Of a stretch of 32,000 bases of DNA, positions 24,094-32,000 are shown in pieces. This DNA is from Desulfoluna spongiiphila (GTDB taxonomy: Bacteria > Desulfobacterota > Desulfobacteria > Desulfobacterales > Desulfolunaceae). The notes beneath the pieces were generated by a model, which saw only the letters and a program-made list of their open reading frames with translations, did not search any database and had not been told where the DNA came from. Each line of letters begins with the position of its first letter. Positions within the stretch are counted from its first letter, which is position 1. The stretch spans positions 57,233-89,232 of the forward strand of contig NZ_FMUX01000014.1 of the NCBI RefSeq assembly GCF_900101345.1. The letters run 5' to 3'. Position numbers and translations under genes: made by a program.

Positions 24094-26256
24094 ATGGATA
24101 AGCACTTGACGCTGGCTCTGGCCGGCAACCCGAACTCCGGGAAGACCACCATGTACAACTCCCTCACCGGCGCACGGCAGAGGGTTGGAAACTATCCGGG
24201 AATCACCGTGGAGCACCGCGAAGGCGATGCCCGCCACAACGGCCACGAACTCACCATCGTGGACCTTCCAGGAACCTATTCCCTGACCGCCTATACCCCC
24301 GAGGAGCTCGTGGCCCGGGACTATATCGTGGAGCGTCGCCCCCACGCCGTGGTGAACATCCTCGATGCCACCAGCCTGGAACGAAACCTCTACTTAAGCC
24401 TTCAGTTCATGGAACTCGGGGTTCCGGTTGTTTTGGCCCTGAACATGATGGACGCGGTGAGGAAGCAGGGCAAGGAGATCGACACGGCCCTGTTGTCCAA
24501 GCGCCTCGGCCTTCCCGTGGTGGAGACCGTTGCCCGCACCGGAGACGGCAAACATGAGCTCATGGAAGAGGCCGTCCGGTTTGCCGGTGAAAAGCAGGGT
24601 GCATGGGCGCCCCTTTCTATCTCCTATGGCCCGGATCTGGACCCGGTCATCGACGAGATGGTGGCCGTGGTGGAGAAGGCCGCTTTCCTGGCCGACCGCG
24701 CCCCGGCCCGCTGGGTGGCCATCAAGTATCTGGAGAACGACGAACAGGTGATCAAGATGGGCGAGAGAAAGGATGCGGAAACCGCAGGTATTCTCACCCA
24801 GATGGCCGATTCCGTGGCCCGGCACTGCCGCTCCACCCTGAAGATCAGCCCCGAGTCCCTTATCGCCGACTACCGGTACGGGTACATCGCAGCCCTGATG
24901 AAAGAGGGCGTGGTCCGCGCGGTGCGTCCCCAGGCTCGCCTGCAGTTCTCCGATCAGCTGGACAAGGTTTTGACCCAGCAGTTCATGGGGCCGGCCATCA
25001 TGATCGGCATCCTGTACACCATTTTTTATGCCACCTTCACCCTGGGCGAGATTCCCATGGGCTGGGTGGAGGCCTTTTTTGCCTGGTTCTCGAATGTGGC
25101 CACGGCAGTCCTTCCCGAAGGCATGCTCCAGTCCCTTGTGGTGGACGGCATCATCGGCGGTGTGGGCGGAGTCCTTGGCTTTGTGCCCCTTATCATGGTC
25201 ATGTTCATGATGATCGCCTTCCTTGAAGACTCCGGCTACATGGCCCGCATGGCCTACATGATGGACCGCGTCATGAGAGCCTTCGGCCTTCACGGTTCGT
25301 CCGTCATGCCCTTTATCGTCTCCGGCGGCATTGCCGGCGGCTGCGCCGTGCCCGGCGTCATGGCCACCCGGACCCTGAGGAGCCCCAAAGAGAAGCTCGC
25401 CACCGTGCTGACCGCTCCCTTCATGAGCTGCGGCGCCAAGGTGCCGGTGATTATTCTGATCGCCGCCGCTTTCTTCGAAAACTCCGCATCCGTGATGTTC
25501 TGGACGGTCCTCGGCGGATGGGCCGCAGCCCTTGTGGTGGCAAAACTCCTGCGATCCACCGTGATCAAGGGTGAGTCCACCCCCTTTGTCATGGAACTGC
25601 CCCCCTACCGCATGCCCACCCTTAAAGGGCTTCTTATCCACACCTGGGAGCGGGCCTGGTCCTACATCAAAAAGGCAGGGACCGTGATCCTCGGGATTTC
25701 CATCCTCATCTGGGCCATGATGACCTTTCCCGGCCTGCCCGAAAACGAGGTGGCACAGTACGAGGCCCAGCGCACGACGGCGGAGTCCACCCTGAGCGCC
25801 ACCGCCCTTGAAGAGCGCCTCTCCGAGATCGACAACGTCGAATCCCAGCATGCCCTCAAGCACTCCGTTGCAGGCCGGATCGGCACCGGCATGGAGTCTG
25901 TCACCCAGCTCGCCGGGTTTGACTGGCGGACCAACATCGCCCTTGTGGGCGGCTTTGCCGCCAAGGAGGTCATCGTCTCCACCCTGGGCACCGCCTACTC
26001 CCTGGGCGAAGTAGACGCCGAAGAGTCCGAAGGGCTCTCCACGCGCCTGGCCGCCGACCCCACCTGGAGTGTGGCAACGGCCGTGGCCCTCCTTGTCTTT
26101 GTGATGCTCTACGCCCCCTGCTTTGTCACCGTGGTGGTCATCGCACGGGAGACCTCCTGGAAATGGGCCACCTTCAGCGTGGTTTTCAACACAGGTTTTG
26201 CCTTTGTGCTCTCGGTCATTGCCTACCAGTTCACCCGGGCCATCATGGGCGGATAA
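24094..26256 (+). CDS. feoB: ferrous iron transporter FeoB
   Basis: 720 aa. N-terminal G-domain (LALAGNPNSGKTTMYNSLTG, DLPGTYSL, ALNMMD), then the polytopic gate/permease domain. Confidence 0.95.
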   Translation: MDKHLTLALAGNPNSGKTTMYNSLTGARQRVGNYPGITVEHREGDARHNGHELTIVDLPGTYSLTAYTPEELVARDYIVERRPHAVVNILDATSLERNLYLSLQFMELGVPVVLALNMMDAVRKQGKEIDTALLSKRLGLPVVETVARTGDGKHELMEEAVRFAGEKQGAWAPLSISYGPDLDPVIDEMVAVVEKAAFLADRAPARWVAIKYLENDEQVIKMGERKDAETAGILTQMADSVARHCRSTLKISPESLIADYRYGYIAALMKEGVVRAVRPQARLQFSDQLDKVLTQQFMGPAIMIGILYTIFYATFTLGEIPMGWVEAFFAWFSNVATAVLPEGMLQSLVVDGIIGGVGGVLGFVPLIMVMFMMIAFLEDSGYMARMAYMMDRVMRAFGLHGSSVMPFIVSGGIAGGCAVPGVMATRTLRSPKEKLATVLTAPFMSCGAKVPVIILIAAAFFENSASVMFWTVLGGWAAALVVAKLLRSTVIKGESTPFVMELPPYRMPTLKGLLIHTWERAWSYIKKAGTVILGISILIWAMMTFPGLPENEVAQYEAQRTTAESTLSATALEERLSEIDNVESQHALKHSVAGRIGTGMESVTQLAGFDWRTNIALVGGFAAKEVIVSTLGTAYSLGEVDAEESEGLSTRLAADPTWSVATAVALLVFVMLYAPCFVTVVVIARETSWKWATFSVVFNTGFAFVLSVIAYQFTRAIMGG

Positions 26257-26274
26257 ACCAGGGGCTGAGCCCTG

Positions 26275-26317
26275 GCGAATGCTTCGAACCCTCGTTCCTC
26301 GGGCTCCTCACATTCGC
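26275..26317 (-). repeat. isolated hairpin-A fragment of the repeat family, right after the feoB stop
   Basis: GCGAATGCTTCGAACCCTCGTTCCTCGGGCTCCTCACATTCGC is nearly identical to 7294-7336 and is the reverse complement of the R-module hairpin A (loop GAGGAACGAGG). Confidence 0.8.
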
Positions 26318-26376
26318 TGACGGGCTACGCCCGTGAATACCGGTCTGAGAAGCCTCACCCTAATTGACAGAATAAG

Positions 26377-26427
26377 AATGCCGTTGCGATTTGCCTTTAC
26401 GGGTGACGCGTAACGGCATTTTTTTTT
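26377..26427 (+). terminator. intrinsic terminator-like hairpin downstream of feoB
   Basis: AATGCCGTT (26377-26385) pairs with AACGGCATT (26412-26420), followed by a long T run to 26427. The loop is large (26 nt), which lowers confidence. Confidence 0.55.
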
Positions 26428-26472
26428 GCTGGGCGCTCTCATGCCCACACCCTTAAGGGGGGTGTGAAAGAT

Positions 26473-26652
26473 GCCTCCGGCAGCCCTTCCGTGGGGCAAC
26501 CTTTTGAAACGGTGGATAAACAGGTTTTGGAAATAGGTTCGGTTTAATCTGAATCAATGGCGACTGTGTTTTTCCCTGAGGAACGAAGGGGAAAGCGCAA
26601 TTCGCAACCTGCTTTCGAGGTGGCACACCTCGCCGCCGGAGGCTGTTTTTTT
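26473..26652 (+). repeat. intergenic repeat, complete composite (L-rc plus R)
   Basis: GCCTCCGGCAGCCCTTCCGTGGGGCAACCTTTTGAAAC...GGCGACTGTGTTTTTCCCTGAGGAACGAAGGGGAAAGCGCAATTCGCAACCTGCTTTCGAGGTGGCACACCTCGCCGCCGGAGGC (26632-26643), then TGTTTTTTT. Confidence 0.9.
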
Positions 26653-26715
26653 CGGTGATTTTAACCATAGAAGGCAACGCTTGAAAAGGTGCCCTCTCGC
26701 CTGTAAAATGCCCCC

Positions 26716-27492
26716 ATGAACATGAAACTCTTTGATACCCATGCCCACCTTCAGGACCCCCGTATGGCGGACACCATGGACGCCATGATGGACCGAGCCC
26801 GCAAGATCGGGGTGACCCGGATTCTTTCCTGCGGTACCCGGGAAGAGGACTGGGGGGCGCTCACGGCCCTAGCCGGGCGTCATCCCGAGATTCTTCCTGC
26901 CTACGGTGTTCACCCCTGGTTCATCGAGACCCTTTCCCCGGACTGGGTGAACGCCCTGGGTCAACGGTTGACGGAAAGTCAGGCCGCCGTGGGAGAGATC
27001 GGCCTTGATTTTGTGGTGGAAGGCCTTGACCGGGGCAAGCAGGAGGCGGTCTTCCTGGCCCAGCTCAGGCTGGCCCGATCCCTGAAACGGCCGGTTTCCA
27101 TCCACTGCCGGAAGGCCTGGGGCCGCATGGTGGAGCTCTTGAAGCAGGAGGGCGGACTGCCCCACGGCGGCGCCATCCACTCCTTCTCCGGATCCGTGGA
27201 GATGGTCAGGGAGTTTGAACGCCTCGGCGTTTTTTTCTCTTTTTCCGGTTCCATCACCCGCCCCAACAACCTCAAAGCCAAAAAAGCCGCTGCCGCAGCC
27301 TCCCCGGATCGCCTCCTCATTGAAACCGACAGCCCCGATATCCTTCCGGAAAATGCCCCCGGCCCTTTGAATGAACCGGCCCATGTGATACAAGTCGTGA
27401 CCACCCTGGCAACCGTACGCAAGACCACCCCTGAAAAGGTGGCCGACATAACGTGGAATAACGCGGTGGGGTTGTTTGGTTCGGGAGATTAG
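26716..27492 (+). CDS. tatD: TatD-family metal-dependent hydrolase/DNase
   Basis: 258 aa. N-terminal KLFDTHAHLQD, then GEIGLDF, SIHCR, AIHSFSGS, ETDSPD - the TatD metal-ligand motifs in order. Confidence 0.88.
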   Translation: MNMKLFDTHAHLQDPRMADTMDAMMDRARKIGVTRILSCGTREEDWGALTALAGRHPEILPAYGVHPWFIETLSPDWVNALGQRLTESQAAVGEIGLDFVVEGLDRGKQEAVFLAQLRLARSLKRPVSIHCRKAWGRMVELLKQEGGLPHGGAIHSFSGSVEMVREFERLGVFFSFSGSITRPNNLKAKKAAAAASPDRLLIETDSPDILPENAPGPLNEPAHVIQVVTTLATVRKTTPEKVADITWNNAVGLFGSGD

Positions 27493-27501
27493 GGAAAGGG
27501 C

Positions 27502-27755
27502 AAAAAGACAGCCGCCGACGGCAAGGTGTGCCGCCTTGAAAGCTGGTTGCGGATGTGTTTTGCCCCTTGCTTGTCGCTCCGTAGCCCATTGACGTGGGGC
27601 GAATGGGGCCACATAGACACGGGCGTAGGTGGATTCATCGGGTCACATCACATCCGCTTTTAATGTAAAATTCATTCAAAAAGATTTTTTAAAACCTGTT
27701 TGTTAAACTTTTTAAAAGTTTAGCCCTCGGCAGGGCCGCCGGAGGCTGCTTTTTT
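27502..27755 (-). repeat. intergenic repeat, reverse composite with about 90-nt insertion inside hairpin A
   Basis: AAAAAGACAGCCGCCGACGGCAAGGTGTGCCGCCTTGAAAGCTGGTTGCGGATGTG (27549-27557 arm)...CACATCCGC (27649-27657 arm)...CCTGTTTGTTAAACTTTTTAAAAGTTTAGCCCTCGGCAGGGCCGCCGGAGGC (27735-27746), then TGCTTTTTT. Confidence 0.88.
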
Positions 27756-27780
27756 ATTATAAGAAGGCGATACAAAAGAC

Positions 27781-28533
27781 ATGACGACATCAAAGCGCCA
27801 TGCGCGTACTGAGCAGCTCCTCGGGGAAGAGGGGCTGGAGACGTTGAAGGGAGCCCACGTGACGATATGCGGGCTGGGGGCTGTGGGCTCTTTTGCGGCG
27901 GAGGCCCTGGCACGGGCTGGGGTAGGGCACCTTTCCCTGGTGGATTACGACGTGGTGAGCGAGAGCAATATCAACCGTCAGCTCTACGCCCTCACCTCCA
28001 CCGTGGGCCAGAAAAAATCGGCTGTGGCCGAGGCGAGAATCAAGGACATCAACCCCGAGTGCAAGGTCACCATCTTTGATTGCTTCATCGACGAAGAGAC
28101 CACCGAGGCCATCCTCGATCGGCCTATGGACGTGGTGGTGGACGCCATCGACAGCCTCTCCTCAAAGGTCCATCTGATTTTAAATGCCAAAGAGCGCGGC
28201 ATCCCCACGGTATCCAGCATGGGCGCTGCCGGAAAAATAGACGCCAACGCCATCACTTGTGGCGATCTCTCCGAGACCCAGGTCTGCGGCCTGGCCAAAA
28301 GCGTCCGGCGCAGGCTCCACAGGAAGGGGCTCTATGAGGGCGTCCGCTGTGTCTATTCCACCGAACCCTCCCGCAAAAATCCCTCCACGACAGGAGAAGA
28401 ACCCTCCGACGACGGCTTCCGCGTTGCCCCCGTTCTTGGCAGCATTTCGTATCTGACGGCCATCTTCGGTCTTAAGGCTGCGGGGGAGGCCATTGGGATT
28501 ATTCTTAAAAAAGAGCATGGAGAAGGGCATTGA
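27781..28533 (+). CDS. tcdA: tRNA threonylcarbamoyladenosine (t6A) dehydratase TcdA/CsdL (ThiF/E1-like)
   Basis: 250 aa. RTEQLLGEEGLETLKGAHVTICGLGAVGSFAAEALARAGVGHLSLVDYDVVSESNINRQ matches the TcdA N-terminal Rossmann signature. Confidence 0.8.
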   Translation: MTTSKRHARTEQLLGEEGLETLKGAHVTICGLGAVGSFAAEALARAGVGHLSLVDYDVVSESNINRQLYALTSTVGQKKSAVAEARIKDINPECKVTIFDCFIDEETTEAILDRPMDVVVDAIDSLSSKVHLILNAKERGIPTVSSMGAAGKIDANAITCGDLSETQVCGLAKSVRRRLHRKGLYEGVRCVYSTEPSRKNPSTTGEEPSDDGFRVAPVLGSISYLTAIFGLKAAGEAIGIILKKEHGEGH

Positions 28534-28571
28534 TCATCTGTCTTCAATGGTCAATATGGGGTGGGAAATAC

Positions 28572-28709
28572 GCCTTCGGCGGCGCGGTGGGGGCACCTTG
28601 AAACCCTGTGGCAAATGCATGGAAGGGGGGATGGCGCGACCCTTATCGGGGCATTGGCGTGATGGGTGACAGGGTGCAACCGTCTTCGCAAGGAAGACGG
28701 GTTTCACCT
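28572..28709 (-). repeat. variant structured element V2 (paralog of V1)
   Basis: GCCTTCGGCGGCGCGGTGGGGGCACCTTGAAACCCTGTGGCAAATGCATGGA...GGGGCATTGGCGTGATGGGTGACA...CCGTCTTC-GCAAG-GAAGACGG (28680-28700)...GTTTCACC is collinear with 16981-17121. Confidence 0.85.
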
Positions 28710-28773
28710 TTCGGTGTCGTTGTTTCTGGCAAGGTGCCGAAAAATGACTGGGCTGTCGTATTCTTACGAAAAA

Positions 28774-28812
28774 AGCCCTCAGTCGATCTGTCAGGATCGG
28801 CTGGGGGCTTTT
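28774..28812 (+). terminator. strong intrinsic terminator-like hairpin (plus-strand polarity)
   Basis: AGCCCTCAGTCGATC (28774-28788), loop TGTCAG, GATCGGCTGGGGGCT (28795-28809): 15 bp including two T-G pairs that are wobbles only on the plus strand. Followed by TTTT and preceded by AAAAA. Confidence 0.7.
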
Positions 28813-28854
28813 GTCATATGGGCGCTACAGGAAAGGGTCAAACTACAGATAAAT

Positions 28855-28947
28855 GCCGCTGTGATTTAACCCGAGGGGCGAGGGGTAAAGCGCTGCGGCA
28901 ACCCGCTTTCAAGGTGGCACACATTGCCGCCGGAGGCCTCGCTTTTT
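28855..28947 (+). repeat. intergenic repeat, complete R module
   Basis: GCCGCTGTGATTTAACCCGAGGGGCGAGGGGTAAAGCGCTGCGGCAACCCGCTTTCAAGGTGGCACACATTGCCGCCGGAGGC (28926-28937), then CTCGCTTTTT. Closest to the copy at 15261-15352. Confidence 0.9.
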
Positions 28948-29008
28948 GTCTGTTTTATTTTTGCACCGACCCTAAGGCAAAGCCCCGGGCAGAGGCTTTG
29001 CCGCGTGC

Positions 29009-29596
29009 TTACAATTTTTCCAGGAACCTCACCAGGTGACGGTGGAATGTTTCGGTCTGGTTGAGGTAGGTGGGGTGGCCGCCTTCGGGGAGGATCACCA
29101 CCTCGCTGTCTGCCAGGACGCTGTCCAGGATGTGGGCGTTTTCCACGGGGACGATGGGGTCGTTGTCGCCCCAGATGATGAGGAAGGGCAGGGAGGTGCC
29201 CTTGAGGGCTCCGGCATTTTCGGGGATGCCCAAAGGTGCCGGGGCCACCACGGCGGTGAAGTCCGAGGGGTGTTCGGAGATGACGGGCAGGGCGTATTCA
29301 CCGCTGAAGGAGGGGGCCACGATGATGGGGGCGGTGGCGCCCAAGGCCTCGATGATCAGAGGGAGGACCTGCTCTTTTTCGATGTCGGCAGCCGGGGACT
29401 CGCCGTAGCCGGGGAGGTCCACGGCGATGGCGTCAAAGCCTTTGTCGGCGAGCAGATCAAGGGTACCCAGCTCTTCCCAGTTGAGGGATGAGAAACGCAT
29501 TCCGTGAAGGAAGATAACGCTCTGTTTGTTCCCTTCGCCGCTTCTGCGAAGAAAGATATCGGTTTCCTGAATACGAATGGTCTGATGGTTGGGCAT
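29009..29596 (-). CDS. alpha/beta-fold hydrolase
   Basis: 195 aa with GAGGAG RBS. HG oxyanion motif (VIFLHGMRFS), nucleophile-elbow-like APSFSG, and a C-terminal His region (GGHPTYL). Confidence 0.75.
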   Translation of the reverse strand: MPNHQTIRIQETDIFLRRSGEGNKQSVIFLHGMRFSSLNWEELGTLDLLADKGFDAIAVDLPGYGESPAADIEKEQVLPLIIEALGATAPIIVAPSFSGEYALPVISEHPSDFTAVVAPAPLGIPENAGALKGTSLPFLIIWGDNDPIVPVENAHILDSVLADSEVVILPEGGHPTYLNQTETFHRHLVRFLEKL

Positions 29597-30043
29597 GGAT
29601 CACATCTCCTCATGGTTCTGATTTTTAAAAAAGTCGGTGTGCCTGTGAGGCGGTTGCACTGATGATGACTCCTTAGCTGATATATCAGATATCAGAAAGT
29701 TGTGAAAGCAGACATTTTTTCCGGGGGGCGGCTGGCCGTGGCGTCGCAAGCCCCGAAGGCATAAAGGGGGGACGCTCGGAACTCTCTTTTTTAATGGAAT
29801 ATGTGGCGTCTGTCATCTCCGGTGTTCTCATCAAGGCATCATCTGATGGTTAAGGAAACCATGAAACCGGCGAAAAACCAAGGACAAAAAGCGAGGCCGG
29901 TTGCATCCTTTTTTGGGGGGGGGATATAGATGGCTAAGGGCGAAAGGGCTTTGTTGCCGGAGGTTTTTTCCTGTTTGGCCCAGATACGGTATGTTTTTTG
30001 TAACTATTTGGCTTAAAAAACAGCTTTCTATGGGTGGAGTGCG

Positions 30044-30226
30044 AAAAAAAGCCTCCGGCGGCCAGGGGATGATCTTCTGGACCCCAGGATACAAATCATT
30101 TCACCCCTCGTTCCTCGGGGTGAAATGATTTGCGAAGGCTTCTGCAAAACCCAGGTAAAACCTTTTTGTTAAACTTTACAAAAGTTTAGCCCCCGGCGGG
30201 GCCGCCGGAGGCATAAGCTGAATAGT
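30044..30226 (-). repeat. intergenic repeat, reverse composite with a perfect 16-bp hairpin A
   Basis: AAAAAAAGCCTCCGGCGGCC...CAAATCATTTCACCCC (30092-30107), loop TCGTTCCTC, GGGGTGAAATGATTTG (30117-30132)...TTTGTTAAACTTTACAAAAGTTTAGCCCCCGGCGGGGCCGCCGGAGGC (30201-30212), then ATAAGCTGAATAGT. That outer tail matches 17137-17150 in reverse complement. Confidence 0.9.
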
Positions 30227-30265
30227 GACTATTTTTTAACCCCAAGACGAGAAATTGGCGGTCGT

Positions 30266-30859
30266 ATGGATGGGTACAGGGTTCCGGTGGGACGACACCG
30301 GGTGGAAGAGAAGATCGGGGGGAGCCTGTTTATCGCCACGGCCGACAGGGTCTCGTCCGCGGAGGAGGCCAAGGCCTTTGTGGAGGCGATGAAGCGGGAG
30401 TTCCGTGACGCCACCCATAACTGCCACGCCTTTGTGGCCGGCCCCCCGGGGGCGTCGGCCTCGGGCATGGGGGATGACGGCGAGCCCCGGGGCACGGCCG
30501 GGCCGCCCATGCATCAGGTGTTGACCCATTGCGGCATCGGTGAGATCGCCGTGGTGGTGACCCGGTATTTCGGGGGCACCAAACTGGGCACGGGCGGCCT
30601 TGTACGGGCTTACGGCGGCATGGTCAAGCGGTGCCTGGAGGCCTTGCCGTCCCGCTTTTTCGCCACCTCCGAGCCCCTGGCCCTGACCGTGGCTTACGGG
30701 GATCTGGCCGCGATGAAGCACGAGGTGGCGGCCCACGACGGGGAGGTGCTCTCAGAGGTGTTTACCGAGGTGGTGGGGCTTTCGGTGAGACTTCCCGAGG
30801 CGTTAAAAGACGCGTTTCTGGATCGTGTGTCGCGCATGGCAACGGTGATGGAGGGGTAG
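30266..30859 (+). CDS. yigZ: YigZ/IMPACT-family (UPF0029) protein
   Basis: 197 aa. IGGSLFIATADRVSSAEEAKAFVEAMKREFRDATHNCHAFV...GDDGEPRGTAGPPM...VVVTRYFGGTKLGTGGLVRAY are the IMPACT N-domain motifs. Confidence 0.85.
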   Translation: MDGYRVPVGRHRVEEKIGGSLFIATADRVSSAEEAKAFVEAMKREFRDATHNCHAFVAGPPGASASGMGDDGEPRGTAGPPMHQVLTHCGIGEIAVVVTRYFGGTKLGTGGLVRAYGGMVKRCLEALPSRFFATSEPLALTVAYGDLAAMKHEVAAHDGEVLSEVFTEVVGLSVRLPEALKDAFLDRVSRMATVMEG

Positions 30860-32000
30860 ATGGCGGTGGATGATTACATTCGGGGCATGACCGGTCACCC
30901 TGCGTTTTCGCAGCAGGTTGCCGCCCACAAGGTGATCCCGGGACGCGAGGCCTCCCTCGGGGAGCTGGACCCGCCGTTGCCCGCCGCCCTTGAAACCGCG
31001 GTGAAGGGGCTGGGAGTGGACCGGTTGTACAGCCATCAGGTGGAAGCCATCCAGGCGATCCGGCGGGGTGAGCACACCGTGGTGGCAACCCCCACGGCCA
31101 GCGGCAAGAGCCTGATCTATAACCTTCCGGTGATGGAGGCGGTGCTGGAGGAGCCCGGTACCCACGCCCTTTATCTCTTTCCTTTAAAGGCCCTGGCCCA
31201 GGACCAGCTCAGGGCCCTTGAGCGACTCACCGGTGCGGTGTTTGCGGCGGACCCGGTGACGGCGGCCATCTATGACGGGGACACCCCGCCCCACGCACGC
31301 AAGAAGATCCGCACCCGACCGCCCCACATCCTCATGACCAACCCGGAGATGCTGCATCTCTCCATCCTTCCCTACCATGCTTCCTGGGCAACATTCCTGC
31401 GGGGGCTCCGCTTTGTGGTGGTGGATGAGGTCCATACCTTAAAAGGGGTGATGGGTTCCCACATGGCCTGGGTGTTCCGGCGTCTTAAGCGGATTTGCCG
31501 GTACTACGGCTCGGACCCGTGTTTTGTGTTCTCCTCGGCCACCATCGGCAACCCGGCGGAGCACGCTTCCCGGCTGGCCGACGTGGAGGTGTCGGCCATT
31601 ACGCGCAGCGGGTCCCCTGCCTCCACCAAGCACTTCATCCTTCTGAACACCCCGGAAGGAGCCTCCCAGGCGGCCATCAAGCTGATCCATTCGGCCATGC
31701 ACCGGGAGCTTCGCACCATTGTTTACTGCCAGTCCCGGAAGATGACAGAGCTCATTGCCATGTGGGCGGCCTCCAAAAAGGCGGCCTTCGGGGAGAAGAT
31801 CACGGCCTACCGGTCCGGGTTTCTACCGGAGGAGCGCCGGGAGATCGAGCGGAAGATGGCCGACGGGGAGCTCCTGACAGTGGTCTCCACCAGTGCCCTG
31901 GAGCTGGGCATCGACATCGGCGGCCTGGACCTCTGCATCCTTGTTGGTTATCCGGGAAGCATCATGGCCACCTGGCAGCGGGCCGGGCGCGTGGGGCGGA
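30860..32000 (+). CDS. DEAD/DEAH-box helicase, MrfA/YprA-like (5' part, continues beyond the window)
   Basis: Not in the ORF track because there is no stop within the window. ATG at 30860 directly follows the yigZ TAG. Manual translation gives MAVDDYIRG...LYSHQVEAIQAIRRGEHTVVATPTASGKSLIYNLPV...LYLFPLKALAQDQ...VVVDEVH...SSATIGNP...QRAGRVGR (helicase motifs I, Ia, II, III, VI). Confidence 0.85.
   Translation, partial: MAVDDYIRGMTGHPAFSQQVAAHKVIPGREASLGELDPPLPAALETAVKGLGVDRLYSHQVEAIQAIRRGEHTVVATPTASGKSLIYNLPVMEAVLEEPGTHALYLFPLKALAQDQLRALERLTGAVFAADPVTAAIYDGDTPPHARKKIRTRPPHILMTNPEMLHLSILPYHASWATFLRGLRFVVVDEVHTLKGVMGSHMAWVFRRLKRICRYYGSDPCFVFSSATIGNPAEHASRLADVEVSAITRSGSPASTKHFILLNTPEGASQAAIKLIHSAMHRELRTIVYCQSRKMTELIAMWAASKKAAFGEKITAYRSGFLPEERREIERKMADGELLTVVSTSALELGIDIGGLDLCILVGYPGSIMATWQRAGRVGR

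Noticed and set aside
24394-25863. Very long antisense ORFs opposite real genes: 489 aa opposite feoB, 498 aa at 21128-22624 opposite AOR, 418 aa at 4469-5725 opposite the kinase, 406 aa at 18409-19629 opposite selU, 281 aa at 13151-13996 opposite livK.
   Set aside because: These are typical shadow ORFs of GC-rich coding DNA. Their translations are low-complexity (G, H, D, P, R, A rich) with no recognisable motifs, and the opposite strand encodes proteins with unambiguous family signatures.
28608-29039. 143-aa ORF (also 14535-14768 at 77 aa, 22996-23367 at 123 aa, 29831-30094 at 87 aa, 7197-7391 at 64 aa) lying in intergenic regions.
   Set aside because: They run through repeat-family copies or terminator hairpins, lack RBSs, and have atypical composition. 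Their apparent length is a by-product of GC-rich repeat DNA.
29860-29928. 22-codon ORF (MKPAKNQGQKARPVASFFGGGI) with an AGGA upstream in the hydrolase-yigZ spacer.
   Set aside because: It is too short and unconserved-looking to support from sequence alone. It ends in a G-run next to degenerate repeat DNA.
7222-30226. Could the recurring GCCGCCGGAGGC-containing repeats be a CRISPR array or integron attC sites separating cassettes?
   Set aside because: Spacing is kilobases with whole housekeeping operons in between. Copies are in both orientations, of variable length and modular. No cas or intI gene is present, and there is no RYYYAAC/GTTRRRY core-site pair. The pattern fits REP/BIME/MITE-type dispersal instead.

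Overview
This is a GC-rich (about 60%) chromosomal segment. Its gene content (hgcAB, tungsten-type aldehyde:ferredoxin oxidoreductase, FeoAB, SelU, many PAS histidine kinases) suggests an anaerobic Desulfobacterota-like (deltaproteobacterial) organism; that assignment is inference only. About 30 genes are supportable. Left to right they are: a histidine-kinase 3' end, pterin-4a-carbinolamine dehydratase, an OM beta-barrel, an SRPBCC protein, RidA, a membrane sensor with a Cys-rich C-terminal module, a PAS histidine kinase, a MerR/GyrI-like regulator, MarR plus a split two-gene permease, a complete livFGMHK-type branched-chain amino acid ABC operon, arsR-hgcA-hgcB (the mercury methylation pair), a selU-arfB-TRIC operon, a class II aldolase, AOR, a small Cys-rich Feo-associated ORF missing from the ORF track, feoAB, tatD, tcdA, an alpha/beta hydrolase, yigZ, and the 5' part of a MrfA/YprA-like DEAD-box helicase. 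The most unusual signal lies outside the genes. From about 7.2 kb to 30.2 kb, 11 of 14 inter-operon gaps carry one or more copies of a modular, highly structured repeat family. Each module is about 70-95 bp and composites are about 150-250 bp. The shared terminal 12-mer is GCCGCCGGAGGC (reverse complement GCCTCCGGCGGC). Copies occur in both orientations and show compensatory base changes and strand-specific G-U wobbles in their hairpins, and many are flanked by A-runs and T-runs. None occurs in the first 7 kb. One copy and a degenerate half-copy sit between arsR and hgcA. I interpret the family as a BIME/REP/MITE-like mosaic element whose ends look like bidirectional terminators. I could not match it to any family I know. 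No rRNA, tRNA or CRISPR arrays were seen.
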